Assembly (NCBI GenBank): GCA_965207885.1
Contig: OZ242311.1
Span: 4,000,001-4,064,000 of the forward strand
Source: Candidatus Latescibacterota bacterium
GTDB lineage: Bacteria > Latescibacterota > UBA2968
DNA: 64,000 bases
Reading direction: 5' to 3'
The position numbers and the translations under genes are program-made. Position 1 is the stretch's first letter, and each line of letters opens with the position of its first letter. Shown piece after piece: positions 48,889 to 58,748 of this stretch. Below the pieces are notes generated by a model. The model was given only the letters and a program-made list of their open reading frames with translations. It did not search any database and had not been told where the DNA came from.

Positions 48889-50150
48889 AATCCATTCGCA
48901 ATCTCAAATAGGCGCTCGCGGTGGGCCGCCACCTTGGCAAATGCCTGTGCGGTCTGCTCCACCCACTCGGTAGCGGGCGCAACTGGCGTAGCGAGCCAAA
49001 AACTCATGTCCTGCAACCGCTCGCTCACCGGCAAATTGCACACAGGCCGCCTCCCCTCTGCGGGCAAATCCGCCCATGGCCCGCCCAAACCATCGAACGA
49101 AAAATCGTTAAAAAGCGGTTCCAAATGCATCGCGCTATACCCCCAGGCCGTCGTCTCTGAGACGTACGCCCCTTCCGCAACCAGTGCCTTTATGATAATC
49201 GGTAGCGGAGCACCAAACACATCGGGATCAACCATTCCCGCATAGAGCAACATGCCACCTCGCTTCGCCCTGGGATATGCTTTTTGCGGAGCCACACCCG
49301 GGACTTCATTGAGCAGTCTATCCATTCGCCGAAACCAGGCCATCCGCTTCTCATTCAGCCCCGGCAAGCGCTCCAACTGGGCGCGAGCCATCGCAATACC
49401 CAGAGGATTTGCGCGGTATTTGACGCCCAATCCCATATTGCGAAGCGCCTTAAAGCGATCCGTCTGCCACAGCGCGTCGCACCGTCCGCACTGCCCCAGA
49501 GCCAGCATGCGATCGTAGAGATCATCATCATTCGTAGTCGCAACACCCGCTTCTATTCCGGATACTGGCTTTTTCTCCTGAAGGCTAAAACACCCGATGT
49601 GCCCAATAGAACCGACCATCTTATCGCCCCACATCGCCCCAGGCGCATGGGAAGCATCTTCAATCAGCGTTATATCGGTCCCGTCTATAATATCTAAAAA
49701 CGCATCCATATCCGCCGGATTGCCGTAAAGATGCGTCACCACAATCGCGCATGTGTGGTGCGTAATCCGCTTCTTTACATCCTCGGGATCGGCACAAAAC
49801 GTTTCCGGATCTACCTCGCAGAACACGGGTGTGGCATTGCAGTGCAAAATCGGCGTAATCGTCGCGTGCCACGTCGCAGTGGGCACAATCACCTCTTTCC
49901 CAGCGCATGCACCTGCGGCAAAAATCGCCGAGTGCAAGGTCGCGGTACCATTGCACATACAAAGCGCGTGTTTGGTTCCCACAAAAGCCCGATACTCTTC
50001 TTCAAACTTATCGAGTTCCGCATAAGCGTCATCCTTATTATCCAGAACCTGGTTGACGTACTCCTTCTCCAAATCGCTTACATCCTGCCACGAATCATTC
50101 ATCAAAGCGGTAACAGCTCTGGGACCACCGTCAATTGCCAGATCAGACAT
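48885..50150 (-). CDS. DegT/DnrJ/EryC1/StrS PLP aminotransferase
   Basis: NGTATLH, HLYGNPADM, EDASHAPG and FSLQEKK. Confidence 0.9.
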   Translation of the reverse strand: MSDLAIDGGPRAVTALMNDSWQDVSDLEKEYVNQVLDNKDDAYAELDKFEEEYRAFVGTKHALCMCNGTATLHSAIFAAGACAGKEVIVPTATWHATITPILHCNATPVFCEVDPETFCADPEDVKKRITHHTCAIVVTHLYGNPADMDAFLDIIDGTDITLIEDASHAPGAMWGDKMVGSIGHIGCFSLQEKKPVSGIEAGVATTNDDDLYDRMLALGQCGRCDALWQTDRFKALRNMGLGVKYRANPLGIAMARAQLERLPGLNEKRMAWFRRMDRLLNEVPGVAPQKAYPRAKRGGMLLYAGMVDPDVFGAPLPIIIKALVAEGAYVSETTAWGYSAMHLEPLFNDFSFDGLGGPWADLPAEGRRPVCNLPVSERLQDMSFWLATPVAPATEWVEQTAQAFAKVAAHRERLFEIANGF

Positions 50151-50253
50151 TTTTCCGCTCCTCTCAATGGGCGAGTTTACGCGATGTATCACAATATAGC
50201 GCAATTCAGTCTCATAAAGCAATCCATCTCGACATTCATTGAGTAAAAAATAC

Positions 50254-50290
50254 AAAAACCGATCGCTATAACTTCAGAGATCGGTTTTTT
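50254..50290. terminator. Rho-independent terminator after the Rieske gene
   Basis: AAAAACCGATC...GATCGGTTTTT. Confidence 0.7.
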
Positions 50291-50313
50291 GCTTATTAGG
50301 CCACTCGCTCTTC

Positions 50314-50763
50314 TTAAAACAGAATTGTCAACGTCTGTGTCCCATTATCATAAGTACTCTCAAATCGCGGCAAAGGCGCAGAAGCTGGTCCTCGCAGAAC
50401 CGCTCCCGTTGTCCTGTCAAATCTCGCACCATGGCATGAACACCAGATTTGTGGATCGCGGTCCCCCGGCAAATCCACCTCGCACGCCTCGTGCGTACAC
50501 ACGGAACTCAAAACTGCAAAATCTTCTTCGGCACGGCGGAAAATGATCACGGGGGCACCGCCGTTTTGCCCTTCAAAAACTTGTTTCACAGACCCTCCCA
50601 CCTGTGCCAAGGCAGGCGCGCTACCCACATCAAATTGCACACTCACACCAGACGACTTCAACACATCATTCTCACATCCCGAAAACCATCCGGCGCACAT
50701 GCACCCCCCCACAAGCGCGAGGGCCTGTGTCAAAAACGCTCTTCTTTCCGTCTTCTCATCCAC
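50314..50763 (-). CDS. Rieske [2Fe-2S] protein with Tat-like/lipoprotein signal
   Basis: RRAFL, CTHEAC...CSCHG and GPA..PL. GTG start after GGAGG. Confidence 0.88.
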   Translation of the reverse strand: MDEKTERRAFLTQALALVGGCMCAGWFSGCENDVLKSSGVSVQFDVGSAPALAQVGGSVKQVFEGQNGGAPVIIFRRAEEDFAVLSSVCTHEACEVDLPGDRDPQIWCSCHGARFDRTTGAVLRGPASAPLPRFESTYDNGTQTLTILF

Positions 50764-50777
50764 TGATATGCCTCCTA

Positions 50778-51371
50778 TTATGCCACAAGTGCCTTGTAGA
50801 ACGGCCTCAACAACTTGCGAAGTTGGGCACGCGCCCGAAACAGACGCGATTTTACAGTGCCCACTGAACACCCCTCAACACTGGCAATCTCCTGATATGA
50901 CAGCCCATTTAACTCGCGCAGCACCAGCACAGACCGAAAAATGGGCGGCATCTGCGCCATCGCATGTGCCAAAACATCGCGCAACTCGCTCTGCTCTACC
51001 CTGTAATCCGTTCGCTCTGGACCTGCAAACAGAGCTTCATCGTCTGCTTGTCTGCGCCACCACTCATCATCCATCTTGACGTCATATTTGCGCTGTTGCG
51101 ACTTAATCCAATCCAGGCAACAATTGATACTGATGCGATACAACCAGGTGGAAAACAGCGATTTTCCCTTAAATTTGTCAAGCGACTGAAACGCCTTGAC
51201 AAACGCAATCTGTGCCAAATCATCTGCATCTTCCCTGTTGCCCACCATGCCAAACGCCGTATGAAAAATTCGTACCTGGTGCCGCCGAACCAATTCGGAA
51301 AACGCCCTGGTCTGCCCCTTTTGGGCATACCCAACGAGCAATTTATCATCGCATGTTGACCAATCGAGCAC
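50778..51371 (-). CDS. ECF family RNA polymerase sigma factor
   Basis: DADDLAQ, FSTWLYRI, LSYQEIA and GTVKSRLFRAR. Confidence 0.93.
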   Translation of the reverse strand: MLDWSTCDDKLLVGYAQKGQTRAFSELVRRHQVRIFHTAFGMVGNREDADDLAQIAFVKAFQSLDKFKGKSLFSTWLYRISINCCLDWIKSQQRKYDVKMDDEWWRRQADDEALFAGPERTDYRVEQSELRDVLAHAMAQMPPIFRSVLVLRELNGLSYQEIASVEGCSVGTVKSRLFRARAQLRKLLRPFYKALVA

Positions 51372-51385
51372 AGAAAATCTCCCGC

Positions 51386-52459
51386 CTAAAATTCAACAGT
51401 CAAATCAAAAGATACACTTTGCCGCCTACCGTAGTGATAAAATTCATCATTTGAAAAATTCCGCGAAATGCCGTATCCAAATTCCGTTGTCACGCGCTGT
51501 GTTAAAGGCAGTTCCAAAAACGCGTCAAAAAACGAGTATTCATCCTGGCGCAACGCGCCCCCTTGCAAAATCGCGCCACTGACATCTCGTGCCAGATCGT
51601 CTTTATAAGACTGCTTTTCATACCCACCTTCCAGAATAATCCGAACCTGCAAGGGCAATTGCTGGGTCAGCCGCGCAGTTATTTGATCGCCGCTATAATC
51701 GTAGCGGTCCTTCAATATATCATCATCGCCGTAAATTAGTGCATTAAATCGCGTGGGAGCATCATTTGCAGCCCGCAAATTGATGCGCCGCTGGTAGCGC
51801 ACTCGCAAGCCCGTATTATCTGTCAGCGATTGCGCCACCTGCAAACCCAAAACCATCTGTCCTTCAGCCCCCTCGCGCAACTTATAGCCCAAACCGAGAT
51901 CGCCCCTCAATGTCGTGCGCGAGGGCAAAAAATGGTTGATCTGAAAAAATGCGTAGTGATCGACATAACGCGACACATTCAAATTGGAATACGACCGCCA
52001 GTTGAGCTGATACCCCACCCGCTTCATCGTATTCTCGTCGCTATACCATTTGCCCTGCACGTATCCCGCCAACCCGGTATAATCATACACATCGTAAATA
52101 GAGCGGTTTGCACGCGCAGCCAGCGAAAAACCCGCAAATATCCTATCGCGTTCACCACTGTTCAGATCGCGCGCAAAATCAACGCCCAATCGATTGGTCG
52201 CAAATGTCCGATCCCCATTGTGACCAAACAAAAAGCCATCGCCCCAAAAAAAGAACCGCAAATATGAAGCATCCATCTCCACGGGTCGCATCACAGAAGC
52301 GGAAAGTTGCGTCACAAAAGCACTCGACCCTCCATAAACGCCATCCACATTGGTATCGTAAATCGTTCCCACAGTCACATCTGTAAGCACATCAGCATCT
52401 GCTGTTCCCAGCCCCAAAAGCAACACACAGACAAAAGTTGATAGTCGTCTCATACTCAT
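51386..52459 (-). CDS. Putative outer-membrane beta-barrel protein
   Basis: Signal peptide, YDTNV start motif, amphipathic strands and terminal F. Confidence 0.65.
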   Translation of the reverse strand: MSMRRLSTFVCVLLLGLGTADADVLTDVTVGTIYDTNVDGVYGGSSAFVTQLSASVMRPVEMDASYLRFFFWGDGFLFGHNGDRTFATNRLGVDFARDLNSGERDRIFAGFSLAARANRSIYDVYDYTGLAGYVQGKWYSDENTMKRVGYQLNWRSYSNLNVSRYVDHYAFFQINHFLPSRTTLRGDLGLGYKLREGAEGQMVLGLQVAQSLTDNTGLRVRYQRRINLRAANDAPTRFNALIYGDDDILKDRYDYSGDQITARLTQQLPLQVRIILEGGYEKQSYKDDLARDVSGAILQGGALRQDEYSFFDAFLELPLTQRVTTEFGYGISRNFSNDEFYHYGRRQSVSFDLTVEF

Positions 52460-52526
52460 TCCCTTTTATAGCAACGGGTTTATCATAAGGGGAAGGGCAA
52501 ATATCCTTCCCCCATGAACCGATGAA

Positions 52527-53237
52527 TTATCCCGAGGTTGTGGATGGCGGCTTATGGCCTCTACCGCGGTGCCCTCCGCGCCGACCCTGCCCGCGCTTCC
52601 CCCCTCGCGAACGCTCGGAGCGTTCAATCCCCCATTCCTCCAATTTCTCATCCACCGCCGCACGAATGATTCGCCTGGATATATCCAACTCCCTCAACCC
52701 TTCAATCAACGTCTTGAGCTCGGCTTCTTGCTCATCGGTCAACAGGGCCTCCAGACCGCGCTCGGGACGTTCAACACCCCATTCCTCCAACTTCGCATCC
52801 ACCGCCGCACGAATATCTTCTCTCGACGTATCCGACGCTCTTAAACCTTCGATCAACGTCTTGAGCTCGGCTTCCTGCTCATCGGTAAGCAACTTCGCCA
52901 GACCAGACGAAATGGCAGAACGTTCGGGAAATTCAACACCCCATTCTTCCAATTTGGCCTTCACTGCTGCGCGAATATCTTCCTTAGACGTATCCGATTC
53001 TTTCAAGCCATCAACCAGAGTTTTCAATTCTGCGCGTTGCTCTTTGGTCAGTTGCGAAGATGTGCCGCGTTGTCCCAAAACACCTTTGCGCCCGCGATGA
53101 TACGATATTCGCACATTATCATCAATACCATCGGCATTTTCATCCACAAATACAGGTCCTGCCGCCTGCGCGTCCTGACCGCCCCACAGGGCACATGTCA
53201 GTGCCAACGCAATACTATAGATCATCCACTTTTTCAT
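52527..53237 (-). CDS. Exported protein with three helical repeats (Spy/CpxP-like LTxEQ) and an EF-hand-like motif
   Basis: Signal AQA, FVDENADGIDD, three copies of LT(D/K)EQxAELKTL...IRAAV..KLEEWG, and an Arg/Gly-rich tail. Confidence 0.75.
   Translation of the reverse strand: MKKWMIYSIALALTCALWGGQDAQAAGPVFVDENADGIDDNVRISYHRGRKGVLGQRGTSSQLTKEQRAELKTLVDGLKESDTSKEDIRAAVKAKLEEWGVEFPERSAISSGLAKLLTDEQEAELKTLIEGLRASDTSREDIRAAVDAKLEEWGVERPERGLEALLTDEQEAELKTLIEGLRELDISRRIIRAAVDEKLEEWGIERSERSRGGKRGQGRRGGHRGRGHKPPSTTSG
52624..53052 (-). repeat. Intragenic tandem repeat, 3 units with periods of 147 and 162 bp
   Basis: TCAA(T/C)(C/A)CCCCATTC-initiated units at 52624, 52771 and 52933. Confidence 0.85.
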
Positions 53238-53360
53238 GGCCTTGCTCCTCACTGTTGAACTTCTATGAACCGCTCTCAAGCACCGATCTCATTTTGTCCG
53301 GCCGGAACCAAAATCCGATCAGCACTATCAACCTGCCGCACTTTGCGGCTACAGTATTTT

Positions 53361-53386
53361 AAACAATCAGCAGGTTACTTCGTTCC
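53361..53386 (-). promoter_or_regulatory. Candidate ECF-type promoter
   Basis: GGAAC-N17-GTTT on the minus strand, upstream of the run that contains the ECF sigma gene. Confidence 0.4.
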
Positions 53387-53391
53387 CATGA

Positions 53392-53427
53392 AAATTGTAA
53401 TAAATTGTTAAAATTGTTATAGTTTGT
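53392..53427. repeat. Helically phased direct repeats AAATTGT x3 plus AGTTTGT
   Basis: Starts at 53392, 53402, 53411 and 53421. Confidence 0.6.
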
Positions 53428-53697
53428 ACACATAAAAAAGACCGACAACTCGCTCCGCTACGCCCTGGAATGTGGCTACATCTGTACAGCGATACCCCAC
53501 ATCTATTCAGAAACGATCCCCGGTCTTGTATTCTTAGATCAGAAAATGGCCTCGCGCGTTCCATACAGGAAAAAAAAACTGACCTATTATTGGTTGGCTC
53601 ATATCAATTGATCCCTTTTCCACTTGCGATAGTGGGAGTATGGCATTAGGTTAAGCACCGATATTTCGAGAACAACACTGGAATAGGAAAGGAGCAG

Positions 53698-54519
53698 ATG
53701 ATGATTCGGTTGGGAACGATGACGAGTGTGTGTCCAGATTGGTCTATCGAGCAGATTATCGATGGGATGCAGCGCCATGGCTTCGAAGGATTGGAGCCTC
53801 GCGCGGGATGGGGACACGCCTCGGGTTTTGAACTGGACATGCCTGCGGCTGCGCGAGATGCAGCGCGGGCGAAAATGGAAGATGCCGGACTAAAAATATC
53901 CTGTGTAGCTACCGGGGCAAAATTTGCGGCTGAAGATCCCGCTGTTCTGGACCAGTCCATCGCCGAGGCCAACGCAGCAATAGATCTCGCGGCTGATCTG
54001 GGGGCCGGATTGATTCGCACATTTGGCGGCGCACGCGGTAAGGGCGAAGTATTCTGGATGGTGAACCGCACGGCTGAGGCATATAAGCGCGTAATGGATC
54101 ACGCGGCCGAACGCGGCGTCATAGTAATGATGGAAACGCACGACGAGTGGTGTGTCTCGACGCAAGTACGCGCAGTGGTTGAAAAGGTAAATCACCCCAA
54201 TCTGGGTATCTTGTGGGACCTGATGCACCCACAGCGCCACATGGAACGCCCCGAAGAAACCATGCAGACGATTGGTGCGATGACCAAACACCTGCACGCA
54301 CACGACGGGCGTTATGACACCGAAAATGGAAAAATTACAACAGTTGCTCTGGGCGAAGGCGACCTGGACTATGTCACGCCCCTAAAATTATTGCACGATG
54401 CCGAATTTGATGGCTTCTTTTCCGTGGAAGTAATCCACAAGTCCGGCAGCGATCACGATGCAGATGCAACCTTAAAAGCGTATGGCGATGGATTCAGAAA
54501 AATTGTCGCAAATTTTTAA
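53698..54519 (+). CDS. Sugar phosphate isomerase/epimerase (xylose isomerase-like TIM barrel)
   Basis: ETHD, LWDLMH, HLHAHD, GEGDLD and SVE. Confidence 0.88.
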   Translation: MMIRLGTMTSVCPDWSIEQIIDGMQRHGFEGLEPRAGWGHASGFELDMPAAARDAARAKMEDAGLKISCVATGAKFAAEDPAVLDQSIAEANAAIDLAADLGAGLIRTFGGARGKGEVFWMVNRTAEAYKRVMDHAAERGVIVMMETHDEWCVSTQVRAVVEKVNHPNLGILWDLMHPQRHMERPEETMQTIGAMTKHLHAHDGRYDTENGKITTVALGEGDLDYVTPLKLLHDAEFDGFFSVEVIHKSGSDHDADATLKAYGDGFRKIVANF

Positions 54520-54531
54520 TTGGAGAATAGC

Positions 54532-55953
54532 ATGGCAAAACAAAATGTAATCTTATTTGGAATCGACAGTTTGTGGTCCGATCACATGAGTTGTTATGGC
54601 TATAATCGGCTCACAACACCGCATATCGACAAATTTGCCACACAGGGCGTCTTATTCGAAAACACATTTAGCGCGCATATTCCCACCACACCGGCCTATG
54701 CGTCAATGCTCACGGGCATGGATTGTTTTTCGACCGATGTCGTGGCACTGCGCCACCGCGGCGGATTGACAGAAGATGTCACTACCTTGCCCGAAATTTT
54801 GAGTGGAGAAGGCTATGAAACCGTATGTGTGGGCTTTACGGGAAATCCGAGTTCTCGCGGGTTTGATGAATATGTGAACTTCAGAGCGTGGGGAAGTTGG
54901 GACGAGCGCCCCCTGCGCAAAGCCGAATTGCTCAACGAAGTGACATTGCCCGAACTGGAACGCCTGGCCGCGGGTGACAAACCGTTTTTCCTATTTTTGC
55001 GACACATGGATCCGCACGCACCCTATTTGCCGCCGCCACCGTACGATTCGATGTTCTACAGCAAAGACCCGTGCGACCCGTCCAAAACCACCATGGAACC
55101 GGTAAAAGCATTTAAACCGTTTCGAGATTTCCATTTGAGCTGGATGCCGCCGGGTATTACCGACGCCGATTTTGTGGTGGCGCAATACGACGGTGAAATC
55201 GCCTATATGGATGCGTGTATCCAGCGCCTGCTCACCCGTGTTGACGAACTGGGCCTGAGAGATAATACCCTGGTCGTAATCAACGGCGACCACGGCGAGA
55301 CCCTCGACGAGCACGATTGCTATTTTGATCACCATGGGATGTATGAGTGCACCTTGAAAGTACCCCTCGCAATGCGTCTGCCCGGACAGTTGCCCGAAGG
55401 CGTGCGCGTAAAGGGCTACAATCAGCACAAAGACCTGACACCGACGATCCTGGAACTCCTGAATGTAGAGACAGACATCGCGTTTGACGGACGCAGCTTG
55501 ATTCCGATGGTTGAGGGAAAACGCCACACGCACGAATCGGAGTTTTATATTACCGAGTGTACCTGGATGCGAAAACACGGCTGGCGCACCCCTGAATGGA
55601 AATTGATCATAGCATTGGAACCCGACTTCCATTTTAAGCCGGAAGTAGAGCTTTACAATCTAATTCAAGATCCGGGCGAGACCACGAATCTCGCGGACCA
55701 GGAACCCGAAATGGTCGCCCTGTTGCGCGGGCGAATGGAAGCCTATATTGCCAAACGCGAAAAAGAAGTGGGCCATACCAATCCCATGTACACAAACCTG
55801 AACTGGCACGGCCGCAAGAATTACGACGGACCTTTCAAATCCTCAGAAGATGCATATAACTACATGCACATCGGTTCTGCCAGCCAGGCCGCGCGGTTGC
55901 AGGCGGGGAATAAGAAGGTGGAAGGGACTGTTGAAGAGAAAAGTAAGAAGTGA
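54532..55953 (+). CDS. Sulfatase-fold hydrolase with non-canonical TTPAY active-site motif
   Basis: IDSL..DH, PTTPAYASMLTG, DPHAPY, YDGEIAYMD, GDHGE and ELYNLIQDPGE. Confidence 0.82.
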   Translation: MAKQNVILFGIDSLWSDHMSCYGYNRLTTPHIDKFATQGVLFENTFSAHIPTTPAYASMLTGMDCFSTDVVALRHRGGLTEDVTTLPEILSGEGYETVCVGFTGNPSSRGFDEYVNFRAWGSWDERPLRKAELLNEVTLPELERLAAGDKPFFLFLRHMDPHAPYLPPPPYDSMFYSKDPCDPSKTTMEPVKAFKPFRDFHLSWMPPGITDADFVVAQYDGEIAYMDACIQRLLTRVDELGLRDNTLVVINGDHGETLDEHDCYFDHHGMYECTLKVPLAMRLPGQLPEGVRVKGYNQHKDLTPTILELLNVETDIAFDGRSLIPMVEGKRHTHESEFYITECTWMRKHGWRTPEWKLIIALEPDFHFKPEVELYNLIQDPGETTNLADQEPEMVALLRGRMEAYIAKREKEVGHTNPMYTNLNWHGRKNYDGPFKSSEDAYNYMHIGSASQAARLQAGNKKVEGTVEEKSKK

Positions 55954-55965
55954 GAGGAATATAAC

Positions 55966-57099
55966 ATGGCCATTGATACCATCACATCCGAAGCTATTGA
56001 AGTAATCAATCCAACTGGAAGGCGCGTATTACAACTGACGACAAATACGCGGCGATCGGTGCATGGGTATTACGATCTACCCCCGTGGTCGCCTGTGGAT
56101 GGGCGCATCGCATTTAGCCGCATGGATGCACCGGATTCAAAAACAGGCGATATTTGCGTCATGGATGCCGATGGGGACAACTTGCACAAAGTGGCCGAAT
56201 CCCGTGCGATGTCCTCCAATGGCGGCGCGCTGGCGCAATGGGCGTCGGATGGATCGCGAGTGTACTTCAAGGACCGAGACCGCGAAACCCGTCTGATCGG
56301 ATGGGTCGATCCGGACACCGGTATATCGGGCACGCATCCCGGAGACCTGCGGATGATTTCACCCGCTGGACACCTGCATGCCTATCACACGATGCACGGA
56401 GATTACGCCGAGGACGACGTGCCCAAAATGAAAGACGTACACGGTGTCTTCGCACAGGATTTAGAAACAAGGGAATCCAAACAACTCGCAACCCTCTCCG
56501 ATTGCCTGACACTCCATCCCCGTCGGGATGAAATTGCCGACTGGCATTTGTTTGTCAAGCACACCAAATGGTCGCCCGATGGATCGCGGATGATGTTTGT
56601 ATTCACCAACGAAATCCATTTTGATCGGAAATACGGCGAACTCCCCAGAGTAAAAGATGTGTACGTCATCAATGCCGATGGCTCCAACCTCAAGCGCATA
56701 GGCGAATTTGGCAACCACCCCCTGTGGCATCCCAATGGTCGAGAAATACTGACCAACAGCCCGTTTGAAGGCTCACCGGGTAATAAACTGGTACTGACCG
56801 ATGTGGAAACGGGTGAAGAGCGTCTGGCTGTGACCTGTGCAAAAGGATCGGGACATCCCTCCTTTTCACCAGACGGCAAATACATTGTCATAGATGTCGT
56901 AAACCACACAACAAAAGAAGCCAAATTCCTGCTCGTCGATGTCGAAACCGATACCGCTGAAACGCTATTGGAACTCCCTGTCTTCGATCACTCTCATGCC
57001 GGAACCCATCTACACCCGGTATGGCGGCAAGATAGCTCGCAGATTTTATACGCCAGCGATGCGTCCGAAATTTGCCAGTTATGTGTGTGTGACGTGTAA
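55966..57099 (+). CDS. TolB/oligogalacturonate-lyase-like beta-propeller
   Basis: Repeated WSPDG/FSPDG motifs and His-rich HPxW motifs. Confidence 0.7.
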   Translation: MAIDTITSEAIEVINPTGRRVLQLTTNTRRSVHGYYDLPPWSPVDGRIAFSRMDAPDSKTGDICVMDADGDNLHKVAESRAMSSNGGALAQWASDGSRVYFKDRDRETRLIGWVDPDTGISGTHPGDLRMISPAGHLHAYHTMHGDYAEDDVPKMKDVHGVFAQDLETRESKQLATLSDCLTLHPRRDEIADWHLFVKHTKWSPDGSRMMFVFTNEIHFDRKYGELPRVKDVYVINADGSNLKRIGEFGNHPLWHPNGREILTNSPFEGSPGNKLVLTDVETGEERLAVTCAKGSGHPSFSPDGKYIVIDVVNHTTKEAKFLLVDVETDTAETLLELPVFDHSHAGTHLHPVWRQDSSQILYASDASEICQLCVCDV

Positions 57100-57110
57100 A
57101 GGAGAACCCC

Positions 57111-57944
57111 ATGCCCGTGAAATCCGTTTACATGATGACCGATTTGGAAGGCTCGGCTGGAGTAGATGATTGGGACCCGAGACACCGGGATGATGCAACA
57201 ACCGCAAAAGGCGTGTACGACCGCGCCGAGATGCAGCGATTATTGACCGGAGAAGTCAACGCCGCAGCCGAAGGATTATTTGCAGCAGGCGTAGAAGAGA
57301 TAATCATCAACGACGCACATGGAGCGGGGCGCACGATTTTGTCAGAAGAATTGATCTCAGGTGTAAAACTCGTACAGGGCGTCAACCGCCCCTGCTGGCT
57401 GCCGGGATTATCCCCCAGATTTGATGCATTGATCCAATTGGGCATGCATGCGATGACCAACACGCCCAACGGATGTCTCGCACATTCGATGAGCCGCAGA
57501 ATGGTCTATCGCGTCAATGGTGCCGAAGTCGGCGAGATGGAAATGGCGGCTTATTTGTGTGGCCATCTGGGTATTCCCTGGGTCTTTACATCGGGCGATC
57601 TGCACGCATGTACCGAATCCCAACGCTGGGTCAATGACATTGTCACAGCACCTGTAAAAGAAGGCCTGGGTGAATTATGTGCGCTCCACCTGGCGCCAGT
57701 AGATGCCCGCACCCTCATCAAGAAGCGCGTTCAAGAAGCCATGGAGATCGTCGAAAATATCGAACCGCTCGTTGCAAAAAGCCCTGTGGTCATGGAAGTC
57801 ACGCGCCCCGAACCCGGTCGTCTTTCCGTGCCAGAAGGGGTTGAGCGTGTAGATGACTTTACAATTCGGTGTACAGGCGAATCCTTCTGGCAGGTGTTTC
57901 ACAACGTGGTTTATGGCAAACCCGATTTCCCAGTTCCCGCGTAA
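57111..57944 (+). CDS. Second M55 family (DppA-like) metallopeptidase
   Basis: TDLEG, DAHG, LGMHA, LAHS and VNGAEVGE. Confidence 0.88.
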   Translation: MPVKSVYMMTDLEGSAGVDDWDPRHRDDATTAKGVYDRAEMQRLLTGEVNAAAEGLFAAGVEEIIINDAHGAGRTILSEELISGVKLVQGVNRPCWLPGLSPRFDALIQLGMHAMTNTPNGCLAHSMSRRMVYRVNGAEVGEMEMAAYLCGHLGIPWVFTSGDLHACTESQRWVNDIVTAPVKEGLGELCALHLAPVDARTLIKKRVQEAMEIVENIEPLVAKSPVVMEVTRPEPGRLSVPEGVERVDDFTIRCTGESFWQVFHNVVYGKPDFPVPA

Positions 57945-57968
57945 TTTCTTCGCATTATAGGAGGATAT

Positions 57969-58676
57969 ATGAAAGTCAAAATAGAGAATCAATTTCGAGC
58001 GCCTTATGGCGTACCAAATGGTTTGCAACTCACAGATGATGGTTTGTGGATTGTAGATCAGATGACTGACCGGGTAGCGTTGATGAGTATGAAAGATGAG
58101 GACAAAGACGATTATTACGGCAATCGCCGCCTGTTGAGAGACATCCCATCAGAATCCTCCAACACCAGTGGCATGGCCGCAGGTGATGGATCATTGTGGT
58201 TGGCGGCCAATGGACCGGGACAACGCTGGCGGCTGCCGCGCAAGACCGATGCGCCCCAGGGTGAAGTTCTGCGCGTAGATCCCTGTAACGGTGAAACACA
58301 GGGACGCTGGGCACTGCCCACGGGCGGCGGCACGCACGGCGTAGAATACGACGCAATTGAACCGGGTACATTGTGGCTGACCACGTTAAAAGAACAGACC
58401 ATTACGCAGATGCGCATTAAAGACTGGTCCGTCATCCGCACATTAAAACTGCCCTTGCATCGCGCACACGGCGTCGTGCGAATGGAAGAAGATTCGATCT
58501 GGGTCGTTCATACAGGTGATCGAGTCATTGTAAATCTGGACCTGGCGACAAATGCAGAACTCGATCGCATAGAAGTGCCCGAACCCCATCCCGAACCACA
58601 CGGATTATCCATCTGCAACGGTGGATTTTTGTATTGCGATGCCACATCGGGGTGGGTTGCCAAAATTTCGTGGTGA
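57969..58676 (+). CDS. Hypothetical beta-propeller protein (Vgb/glutaminyl-cyclase-like)
   Basis: Repeated PNGL/HGV/PHGL...LW blades. Confidence 0.6.
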   Translation: MKVKIENQFRAPYGVPNGLQLTDDGLWIVDQMTDRVALMSMKDEDKDDYYGNRRLLRDIPSESSNTSGMAAGDGSLWLAANGPGQRWRLPRKTDAPQGEVLRVDPCNGETQGRWALPTGGGTHGVEYDAIEPGTLWLTTLKEQTITQMRIKDWSVIRTLKLPLHRAHGVVRMEEDSIWVVHTGDRVIVNLDLATNAELDRIEVPEPHPEPHGLSICNGGFLYCDATSGWVAKISW

Positions 58677-58702
58677 CGGGACACGCCTATTATCTTCCAA
58701 TT

Positions 58703-58730
58703 AGCCCCGGTCCTCCGGGGCTTTTCTTTC
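58703..58730 (+). terminator. Rho-independent terminator
   Basis: AGCCCCGG-TCCT-CCGGGGCT followed by TTTCTTTC. Confidence 0.7.
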
Positions 58731-58748
58731 TCACAACTGAGGTACGTG

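Noticed and set aside
52624-53052. Tandem repeats as a possible CRISPR array or DGR repeat pair
   Set aside because: Units are 147-162 bp, in frame, diverge at synonymous positions and encode protein repeats. There are no spacers, cas genes or reverse transcriptase.
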